A stretch of DNA of 61,405 bases, the filler included, from Rhabdomonas costata (lineage: Eukaryota): the NCBI GenBank assembly GCA_019059605.1. It is 19 parts of 19 records of this genome, joined end to end, with 100 filler letters (N's around TTAATTAATTAA, not from the genome) between each part and the next. Parts side by side here need not be neighbours in the genome. Positions count along the whole stretch, not along the records: positions 45,348 to 48,481 come from JAHMHO010001314.1; positions 48,582 to 51,713 come from JAHMHO010001315.1; positions 51,814 to 54,943 come from JAHMHO010001316.1; positions 55,044 to 58,173 come from JAHMHO010001317.1; 15 more parts are not named here. One strand, written 5' to 3'. The notes beneath the pieces were generated by a model that worked only from the letters and a program-made list of their open reading frames with translations, was not told where the DNA came from and did not search any database. The position numbers and the translations under genes are program-made. Shown piece after piece: positions 45,348-55,900 of the stretch (position 1 is its first letter; every line of letters begins with the position of its first letter).

Positions 45348-48219
45348 TTTTGGGAGTTTGCGCCGTGCTGGACACCTTCCACTTCACCGTAGGCCCGGAG
45401 CCTTTGCACAGCCGGCGGCCAAAAGAGATCCTGACGCGGCCCAAAGGTATGTGGATGGGTGGGATTGGCTTTTGGGGGTGATGTGATGTACCCCCCTATC
45501 CTTTTTATTACCCTGTGAACTGCTGTGAACCTGCTGAGAGTGTCCACGGTTTTTACTCTTTTGTAAAAATCTCCAGGTCTGCTTCTCCAGGTCTGCTTCG
45601 GCTTTGCCCTGAACCATCCAGTAAAGGCTTCCGGCTGAGTTGCTGTTATTCGAACAAGAGTGCGTTTATACTGGGGTGAACGTTAGTCCCTTGGCTTAGT
45701 GTTGTCTGTCTCCACTTCCAGCAGACACTATGAAACCGAGAAATGGATAGATTTCGCCATACGCAGCACCATCTGTGGAACATTTGAAATTATTGGCAGC
45801 CGACGGCAATGTAATTGTGTTTGAAGCCCGGGAAGACCTTTTGTTTGCGAACTGCCGTGTTTCCTTCTGAAGGGGATGAGGAAGAGGAGGAGGTGGCAGA
45901 GGAGGAGGAGGAAGAGGAGGAGGCTGAAGAGTCAGAGGCCGATGCACACCTCTCGGCCCGGGTACGTGTTGCCTGTAACGTGTTGTGAGAGAGCGTCAAT
46001 CCATTGGATGGAGGCATGGATAAATTTTCGCGATTGCACGTAGAAACCCGCGGCCAGGTGTTCAGGTTATTTGTACCAGGTGACCCCGAATGTTCGTTTT
46101 AATTGGGGTGCGCATGGAGTGGGTGTTGGTGTTGTGCTCTGTGTTGCTCGTGTTGTCGGTTGGTCAGCGTGTGCAATTGGGGTGGCCTATGGTGCACTGC
46201 CTGCAGTAGGCCTTGGAATTACTGCCATTACGATTTCACGATTCCTGGTTCCTATGCCGGCAATTTCGGGCACGTTTTGGGAGCACTCCTTCTTTTCGCT
46301 GTTGCTCGCCTTGGGTTGACACGTTCAGCTGAGCACGCGTGGCCTTGGCGTTTGCAGTGGCCGAGGTCGTTTGTGCGGGTTTTTTCTGCTTTCTGCCCTC
46401 AGATTCACACGATGCTGGTGAACAACATCTTGCCGAAACTGCAAACTCTGACCGAAGACGTGTGTCCAGCTCTTTTTTTTTTTGCCCACAGCAGCCACTC
46501 TTTTTCGTTCATTTCTTCAAACTTTCGGTGCCGCATCTGCACTTCATTTTATGCGGCCATGTTCTCCAAGCATTGAAATGCGCATATTTCTTTCTGAGAT
46601 TCATCTCGAACGCTCATAAACTCGCTTTCTATGACCTTTTCTCTCCCACTTTGCTTCGCGTCTTGTCTTCTTCAGAAAACGAAGGAGAAGACGATCATCC
46701 GGCCGCATGTAATCTGCGCCCAAATTCGAATCCTGAGGCTGCTGCCCAAGCACGTCTTGCACTACAACCTGCCCCCTATTTTGACAGGTCCTTACTGATG
46801 AGAGGCCGAGGGAGGGTGGGCAAAGGATGCATGCAATGAATTGTTTGTGTGTGCCGGTCTCTCAGATTCCTCCCGACTTCCTTGAAATACAATCCTCTCC
46901 TCTCCTTTCTCCATGCCCGGCAGTTTTGAACACGGAACAGCATGTGAAGCCGGTGTTGCCTACTTCCACCGTGTAGTTCAAGCCACGGGGATTGCGGGGA
47001 TTGTTTGGACCACGTGCCTCCCCTTTTCTTTTTTCCCAGCGCTGGTGCAGCGGCTGATGGTTCGCAAGAGCCTTAAGACTCGCGAGGAAGCCCGGGAGGT
47101 CCTCGCCGCGGTGCTTGGGCTGCTGGGACCTGGATACCTGCGGATCATCCTGGGCAGGCTGAACCACATGCTCACGGATGGGTTTCAGGTGTTTTGCGGT
47201 CATTGGCGGATTTATTCTGAAAGCCCCCCAAAAAAAATTGTGAGCACCACATGACACTTGCATCTTATTTTGATCCTGCTGAGCCGCACTTGGCCGCCCG
47301 GTTGCTGACATCGTGATGGAGATGCATTGGTCACACTCAGTCAGTCTAATCCGTCCAGGTTATAGGGATGCTATCAAAACCCGTATCGTTCAGTAGAACT
47401 GGAAATTGGTGTTTGGGATTTAAATCCCATTTCCTGCGTTGTGATGCGATTGGACCGTACCGTCCAATCACAAACCAAATCGCCTGATTTGCCATAACAT
47501 TTTCCGCGAATTGTGGCTGCCCGGTTGTGTTGTGGAAGTGGGATAGGCTTGGATCTTGTTTGTGTTGATTCGGTTGGCTGGGGGGCACAGGTACATGTTT
47601 TGGGCTACACTTGCGCCTATCTGCTTGACGCGGTGCAAGACAGTCTGCAGACCAAAGCCGCGATTGTGGCTGAAAGTCTGAAAGTGGAGCGCCCCTCAGA
47701 GGACGAGAAGCCTCCCGCATCCACAGCCCCCGCAGGTACGAGGGGCTCACTCACATCCACAAACTCCTTTTTGTTTGATTTGACGACAGTTGTAATTCCC
47801 TGAGACTCTGCATCAACTCTATTCCCGGCAAACATCCTGCTGGCGCTATTTCAGTGCTAATCCCCCGTCCCCCATTTCGGGGTGTGTTTTCTGAGACTTC
47901 TGAGCCGATACGAGATCGATCAGTTATAAGAGGGGTGCCTGGAATTGGTGCCATCTGACCGAACTGTCCGTGGTGGTGACCTTTTTCAGGGGCTGGAGAG
48001 GCCGACGAAGCGGAAGAAGAAGGAGCTGAGGAGGCGCAGGACGGTGAGGAGAAGAAGCGAGGCGCGGAGCCTAAGGGCTCCAATGCGCTGTGCGCGCGGC
48101 TGCAGAAGCAGGAGGCCCTGCAGCAGCAGGTGGAGTCGTTGAAGGGCAAGGACCAGGCGGAGTCCAGGCAGCCCCAGTGGCACTTCTTGCTAGACGACTG
48201 CTTCGCTTTGCTTTTGGAG
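45348..48219 (+). CDS. UTP20: U3 snoRNP/SSU processome component UTP20, seven internal exons (partial)
   Basis: GT-AG exons 45348-45446, 45873-45961, 46403-46459, 46676-46787, 47040-47188, 47591-47735 and 47990-48219 in frame: VCAVLDTFHF../NNILPKLQ../IRILRLLP..NLPPILT/ALVQRL..TREEAREVLAAVLGLLGPGYLRIILGRLNHMLTDGFQ/VHVLGYTCAYLL (UTP20 LGP.YL...L...L.RG[YF]Q.HVL.YT motif). Confidence 0.92.
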
Positions 48220-51200
48220 GTCCGACGGAGCCGGGGAGTGAGTCTGACGGGACACATGTGCTCATTTTTTTTGGTGATGACCAGTTTGTGTGTGTATATG
48301 GGGCGAGGGGAGAGGTAGGAGGAAGGGTGGCTTCGCTGCTGGAAAATGGAACTGGCATTGCCTTTGTTTTGCGGCACAGTGATGCAACAAAATCGTACAA
48401 CGAAACGAAAACATTCCTGTCCGTCATTTGAAGCACTGGAGCAGTGCCTCAGTCATGCAAAGGACGTTTAAACCAAAACAANNNNNNNNNNNNNNNNNNN
48501 NNNNNNNNNNNNNNNNNNNNNNNNNTTAATTAATTAANNNNNNNNNNNNNNNNNNNNNNNNNNNNNNNNNNNNNNNNNNNNCCCCCCCTCATGGATGCAA
48601 ACCAAAGGGACGATAAGTTTAAGAAGGGCTTACGGATTTGCTTTAAGGAGTTCAGTACATTCCGGCGTCTTGCGGTGTAGTTGTGTCATCTTGTTAAGTG
48701 GTAACGCCCGCCCTCCCTTTTCTGCCCCAGGTCCGGAGGTTTACATTGCAGGAATTGTTAAGGTTTTTATTGGACATTATGTGGTTTCAACCCCTTCGCG
48801 TATACAAACGAAAAGGAGCATGAATTTGTGGACGTGCGGGCGGATTGAATGTGCACTAACTGACTTTTCTCTAGCTTTGGCAGGTGCCATGGAGTATTCT
48901 GCTTTTGTTGCACGCCGTCATGTGTTTTGGCATGAGTGTCTTCTTCTGGGACCAGCTTCATTCTCACTGTGCATGTTCGCCGTTGCCTTTTTTTTTCAGG
49001 ATTTGGATTGGAGTTGGGTGGTGTGGACGAAGGGTAAATATCCTATCTCAGTCTTGGAAGTCCGGGGAAAGTTTGGGAGGGATTGTGGATGACTGAGAAA
49101 CTTTTACACTACATTGTTGAGCTGATGGCCCTCAGTTAGTTGTCGTTGAGGTCATAAATCCCATGCCCGCAACAAAGGCCACCGTTTCTGTAGTTGCTGT
49201 CCCGGAATTTCTTTCACTTCGAAGCTATGAAGCTTGTTAATGCAAAAAGTGCTCAATTATCAGCACTCATCGCAACAACTATCGCAACAAAGGCTCCTGT
49301 TACCAAAACGATTTACCCCTGCTAACTCTGCCACACTCTGCCTACAATGAGGTGGGTTTTGTTGGGGACTTACGATGGGGTGTTTCCACTCACAGGTGGT
49401 GTTTGATGTAACCCTGCAAGGGGCCTTTCCGTTCTTTTTGCTTTGCCCGTTTACGTTTACCCTGCCCCACTTGTCAAACCCGGCGACGCAGAATGCACAC
49501 TGAAGCACCGCCAGTGATGTCGATTCGTTGGCAAGTTGAAGTCGCGGAGCTTTTGGGGCTGCCCTCTTGCTGGACGTCGCTGGGGGTGGCGCATGCCTTT
49601 TCGAACTCTCTGCGCTATCTTGCGCCTGTGGGAGAAGTGTCGGGCAGAGCTCCTCGTACCCGCGCCCCTCTCGGGTGGTCCTGAGCCGACGAATCCGGAA
49701 CAGCAAAGCGATGTACATTGGGCTGCCTCGTAAGACTGGAACGCAAGAACCCGAAAGACTGAACTCAGAACTCGAAACCCAAACACCGAACCCGAAATTC
49801 GAACGCCACCATGACAGAAAACCCCAGTAAGCACATCACCAGCAGTGAAGACCCTCTCAAACGCAGAACTCAGAACAGATGAAGAACAAAAAACTAAATA
49901 CCCTCGAGAAAACTGAAAAGTGGGCTGACATGAAAGTAGTGATTGTATACGGTGAAACCTCCGGATGAAGTGATTGTTGCGGTACGCAACCCTGAGGTAG
50001 ACACAAAACGGAGCCAGAGGGCGACCATGCTTGTAATGTGACTGCTATTAAAAACACAAAACTTGAAAAGTTGAAAATTAAAAAAAATTAAAATCTCAAA
50101 ATTATAAAATACAAAAATTACCAAAATCTTCATTTTCATACATCTGGAGGCAAAATAGACCACTAACTCTCATACGCGAATTCTCTCATGCACATTATCA
50201 GCATGGTAGCCCCCTGGCATCCGATGCATCATGCTACAAAGGGATTGCACCAAGAAATACCAATTGATGATTTACATACAAGTTACACCAAGAGAAACCA
50301 TCACCGCAAAAATAAAATTGAGAAAAAGGCGGAATAAAAACGTCGTACGTTGATGACAAGTGATACGTGTATATATGCTTCCACTGGGGCGTGGGGCCCC
50401 ATCACTCGCTTCATTCACTACGTTCATTCGCTACGCTCGAAATGTCCAATGTAATAATTGCATTTTTTGAATCGACCTCCTGCAACCATCCTTTCTTTGA
50501 CAACAATTTTTCCTTTTCATGTCCATTGTAATTAGTTCTGGCAAAGCCCCTAAGTCGATCTGCATCCCTGCTTCGTTGACTTCACTCACTTGACTTCATT
50601 CCATTCTATTATGTTAGCTTGAGAGCTCGTGTCGTTACCTGTGTCGTTACCTGTGCATAAATGGAGGACTGGAGAAGCTTATTGGTAAGGCTAGCTCCAC
50701 CCGGAAACTGAGAGAATAGTCTGTAAATTTCCGAGCATAATCCCTGTTTTGATGCCGTTGGTCACAGAATCTGTGTGTAATTGGAGATGAGCGAAGCCCG
50801 TAGTTGAGGTTTTGACCTGGGAGGCAAAATACGGTGTGTTAATTTATTTACGCGCCGAAAGCGCGGCGAGTTTTTGGAGTGTATCTCTGGTCCTTTCAGA
50901 CTTTCAGGTACAGTGCAAAAGCGAAGTTTTGGCGTAAAGAGCAGGCTTTTTGAAGGTGACATAGGTGTGTTTCAGGTGCACGGCGTGCATTTTCAACCCC
51001 AAACATCAGACTGCACACAACAGTAAAACCTGTGCTCAAACTGCTCCGACAAAACTCTCACTTGCCTTTTTTTCTTTTTGGACCCTTCCAAGAAACTGGG
51101 CTTTGCATTTTTTGTATGTTTTTGCACCTTTGCATTTTTGTTGTATTTTTTTTCTTGCGCTTGTTGCTGTGTCCCAACGGCCAGCGCACGCCAGTGCACG

Positions 51201-52372
51201 GAAATCCATCTTGTGCTTGCCTGTAGTAGAGTTTTGTAATGTAGACAAAATGGATCCGGGAAATTTTTTTTTGGCTTGAAAGCACTTTTCTGCAAGTTTC
51301 TGCACCCGCCCTTTTTGCACTCCCCTGCTTTTTTTTTTTGCACTTTTTTGTATTATTTTCGCATTATCTCATTTTTGTCACGCCAAGTTGCATTTTTCCC
51401 GAATCCTGCCGATGCGTAGCGTTCATGGACCATGAAAATCAATCGCCAGCGCAGTCTGGAAGCACCCGGTGGCAGTCCACACAACAGCGATTTTCTTCAT
51501 TGACTTCGGGACGGTTGCGTATGCTTGTTTCCGTTATTGTAAGTTTGTTTGATGATTTTTTTCTTTTTTAAAACGAACAGTTTGTTATTATTTGTTCTGT
51601 TTGCCATTTCTCCCCCACCCCCCCTCGCGCACCCTTTTTAGCGGCTTGTCGAGGAGGAGAAGCTTCCACCGTGACCTTTTGCGGTTGTACATAAATACAT
51701 TATCTCCGACTGANNNNNNNNNNNNNNNNNNNNNNNNNNNNNNNNNNNNNNNNNNNNTTAATTAATTAANNNNNNNNNNNNNNNNNNNNNNNNNNNNNNN
51801 NNNNNNNNNNNNNGTGGTTTTGGACGAGAATGAACGAAGAAAAATGCGTCTCCGACTCCTGTACCTTTCTTCGTTCATTCTCGTCCAAAATCCTTCCAAA
51901 GAGAGAAGGTCTTAAGGAAGATCTATTCAAAAATTAGATGGAGGGAGCTCCCGCGGGGGGAAGACAGGAAGCAAACACCACGGCCATTGGTGCATCGGCC
52001 TCACTTTCCGTCTGAGCGGTGGTTGTAATTGTGTTAAGCCAGCGGTGACGATGTAACATTAAAAAAGGAATTATGAATGCTGAGCAGAAACCTAGCTTCC
52101 ATTTCTCCAGCCTGAAGTTAACTTGCATCGGTTCGACCCCCAGAACCTTCGACTTTCGCACCCCCTCCCCTCCCCACCTACCTATATGAAAGAAGAGCGG
52201 CCTGAATCCGGGTGCGACATCTGTCAGCAAAAATCAATTGGATAGTTTTTGATCAATTGGAGTGTATCCCACAACACAAACACAGTGACCCCACTGCGTG
52301 GGCACGGCGTGGCCATTCAGCAACCCACATCCTATATCAAAGGAGCGCCCCCCTCCCCCCAATTCCGCTCAC

Positions 52373-52917
52373 CTTGTCCCCGGTGGCGGTTCTGCTGCTC
52401 AGAGACAGGTCAAATGTCACGGAGGAGAGTTCCACAAAGGGCAGCACCAGCTTCTCCTTCACCAGCTGCCTGCGGATGCGTGGTGATGGGCACTTCCCCT
52501 CACCCGGAGTTCAAAAACGCAAAAATGATTCTTTTTTGGGGCGGAGGGCATTACGTTTTCTTCTGACGAAATTCGTTGCGCTGTGACAAACCTCAAGAAC
52601 AAAATTCGAAGAAGCAAGCTTGCAAAAGGGTGGCTGACAAGCCAGAAAAGGCAGTGTTGTGTTTTTAGCAGGAAAGAAAGAAACAAACGATTCCATCAAA
52701 CACACGATTCAATCTAAAACACCAACTGATGAAAACAATGTTTTGCTGAAAATCAGAAATATGGCCCCAAAAGGTTTCAGACACTGCAGCAACAGCGACC
52801 GTATGTGTGCGTGCGTGTGCGGGGTGCGGGGAGTTGTCAGAACCACAGTCGCTGGCTATCGCCATCGCCGTGCAGCTCCACCAGCTTGCTCCTCACCGCA
52901 ATTTTGGAGGGCGGCAT
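52373..52917 (-). CDS. Divergent NADP-dependent isocitrate dehydrogenase-like protein, first two exons (3' partial)
   Basis: Exons 52917-52844 and 52469-52373 (GT-AG, phase 2) give MPPSKIAVRSKLVELHGDGDSQRLWQLVKEKLVLPFVELSSVTFDLSLSSRTATGDK, colinear with the IDH1/2 N-terminus (VVEM.GDEMTRIIW..IKEKLI.P.V....YDLG...RD.T.DQ). Not in the ORF track because the exons are short. Confidence 0.85.
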
Positions 52918-55900
52918 TTCACACCCCGAGAGGGGGCTGAGGGCACGGGAACCCCCCCTCCGGTCTGTGGGTCCCAAGCTTTTCCCTCTCTCTCCCTCTC
53001 GTCGCTCTCACACTCCTTCCGCGGAGGAAATAGATAAACGCCGGGAAGCGTCAAGTGTGAAATACAGGGTAATGCAGGGTACCTGTTCGAGCGCGCACAG
53101 CGACACATCAAGAAAGGGGCAGCGATAGGGGAGCTCAAGGAAACGGCTGTGCAGGCTGCCAACACTTGCACCTATGGGCCGGCATCGTGGCGTGTACCAC
53201 TGCAACCCATTGCTGCCACCGCCATCCCCCCCTATTGTGAGCCGCGCTTGAATAGGGGGTGGACGATTCATTGAGGGTCATTGAGGGTGAGGTGCATATT
53301 TTTTTTGGGGGAAAAGAGTCAGGGTTGTTGTGAATAGGTGGCCAGAGTTCAGAGGCATGAGTTTCACACCGGACAACTACCCTTTAAGCCGTTCTACTGA
53401 GCATCGTGGATTGCCTAGGAAGGCACGGCTGAACGGCACGCACGGATCCCTCAGCGCCGCACTTTCGATTGTACTGTCGAATGTAATCCCACAAAACACC
53501 TAAGATGAGCCCACGTGGTGTGAGGCTGAAACTACAGCCCACCCTCTTCCCTTGGTTACGTTCATGGTTGAGACGGATTTGTTTGTGTGTGTTTGGACGT
53601 GGAGGCGAGAAGTCGCGCGTCCGAAGACACCACACCCCAAATTAGCCCTTCCTGAGAACTGTGGTTCACGCTCGCGAAACAGATGGCTCACGGAGGGGGG
53701 GGTTGCCGAGTTTCAGCCTCCCCTCGGACATGTTTCACGGAGGCCAGTGCTGATGACTGACCAGGGAGTTCAAAGGTAGTGATGGTAAAGTGGCTTTCCG
53801 GAACCCACACAGATGGCCCACTTTCCCTTCAAAAAAGGGTGCAAAACAAAAAAACCGAACGAAAATTCTGAACAGTCACAGCTACAAGCTCTCAAGGGCC
53901 CCAAGGGACCTTCTCAAAAAGTGGCCTAACAGCGATGAAATGCGGGCAAAATGTGGGGGACCCCCCCAAACGCTGCTGCACAGCGAGGGGGAGGAGAGTC
54001 CAGCCACACCCACAGGCAAACCACCTAACCAACTGACCCCCGACCAACCCGCCCACACCAGGTGTCCTTAGCGGACCGAAGGCATCCGCTGGTGAAGGAC
54101 AGCGCCCCTGCCCCTTGCCGCTGCTACTGCTGCGTTCCCAAGGCGCCCTCCTTGGAGCGCCCTGGGTCGAGCAAGGGCTGTTGTGCAGATCCTTTGGAGA
54201 GAGGGCTGGGCTCGCCGCCAATGGTGCCCCCACTGGCGGTACACCCACAGCTGAGGGTAGTGCCGCCGCCGCTGCTGCTGTGTGGAAGCTTGGAGCTGGG
54301 GGAGTCAAACGAGGGACCAGCAGAAGAAGCCCTTCCGCGAGGGGTTACCGGTGGCTGAAACTTGCGCTGGTCCAGGATGCACTCCAGCACCTTTGGGCCC
54401 CCAGGTTTGAGAGAGAGAGAGAGACAAACATTGATGGGAGGGGAGCAGTGCCATATCCAGGTTTCGGCAGTGCCACAAGCATGCTTTCGGCGGTTCAACG
54501 AAAACTCAAAATAATGCAATTTCTGCTTCACCCTCAAGCTGAGAGGGGAGGGGAACTTCAGTGCAAAAGCGTTTAGAGAAGATGAAAAGCTGAACGAAAG
54601 ACCTTCGGTCTCGTTCCGTTTTGTGGGCGTCCCCGAAATAGGTGCGCCCTGATCACATCATCATCCTGTCACCAGTGGAGCACTCCTTTCCACACAACCC
54701 GCAATACCCCCCTCCCCCCGCGATTCAGAACTTCAGGCACCATCGTGAAGACTTCGAGATGATTGCTAATTACTTTTACTTTTAATATCTTACACAGACC
54801 CCACATCGAATCAGTTCATGAGGAGAGATGATGCGGATCAAGAGAGTTGGGGGCTTTATGATGCAACCGATGACTTTCGATGAGATGGTCAGGGACTGAT
54901 TCGATGTGGGGTCTGTGTAAGATATTTAAAGTAAAACAAAACANNNNNNNNNNNNNNNNNNNNNNNNNNNNNNNNNNNNNNNNNNNNTTAATTAATTAAN
55001 NNNNNNNNNNNNNNNNNNNNNNNNNNNNNNNNNNNNNNNNNNNTTTGCTTTACTTCGCGTTGCTCCTCAGTGTAGTCGCTCAGGTTGACCTCTGAGTGCC
55101 TTGACTTGAATGGTTGATCTACCGTGGTCGCGATGATAAGTAAGCTCTGCAGTGTGGTCGTCTTTCGAAGGCTGATAAAAGGCAAAAACGTGATCGGCCA
55201 TGTAACTTGTCGCTCGTCCTTGTTGATGTCGAAGCAGGCAATCCGCGGCGTTTCCTGCACTTGTTGGGCCGTCAACTCAAGATCAGGATTTGAAGGAAGC
55301 TGTGAACCCGCTCGGGGTCACAGGCCCAGGGCTGAAATAATCGGTCACTCACCTCGCTGCGGAGCGCTGGTTGTCAGATCCCCAATAAGCTGCACGGCCT
55401 TCAGCTGGCGTTCCAGCCAATGGAACCTGGCGCTCTGGCAGGGGTGTTGTCTGCGGTTGTTGCACGACAACTGCACCCGGTGTTGCGTGGCCGGCATCCT
55501 CAGATGGTAGAGCTGATGATGGTTGGGTCTTGGCATCCAAGCCTTGTTCTACATAGCTTTGCCGTGACTCGGTGGCGTCCTTTCTGTTGTGATTAGGGTG
55601 GTTTGTGTGGTTGGGGTCTCTGGTGAGCTGTTTGTTGAAGTCGTCACCTGATTGATCTCAAAATGGTGATGGTGTCCAGTGGTAGCCATTATAATGTGTT
55701 CGAAAATGACCAGCAAAATGTGCCATTTGCTGTAATAAGATGTTGTTCTCTTCAGTGTTTTCGAGGGCTTGTGATCAATTCTTCCCGGTGACGTCTGTGA
55801 AGTGAAAAGGCATGGGAGATAATGCAACTACAACTGACATACGGGTATAATGTAAATGGTCTTGTACTGGTGATGCGTTAAGTGTGGTAGCTTAAAAAGT

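Noticed and set aside
51030-51400. T-rich TTTGCA-type degenerate repeats (similar low-complexity tract at 38900-39010)
   Set aside because: Low-complexity sequence with no definable unit, terminal repeats or target duplication.
54784-54926. 32-bp inverted repeat enclosing ATGATG...CTGA (MITE, pre-miRNA or C/D snoRNA candidate)
   Set aside because: The right arm, including the CTGA, is the contig-terminal fold-back, and the box C matches are imperfect.
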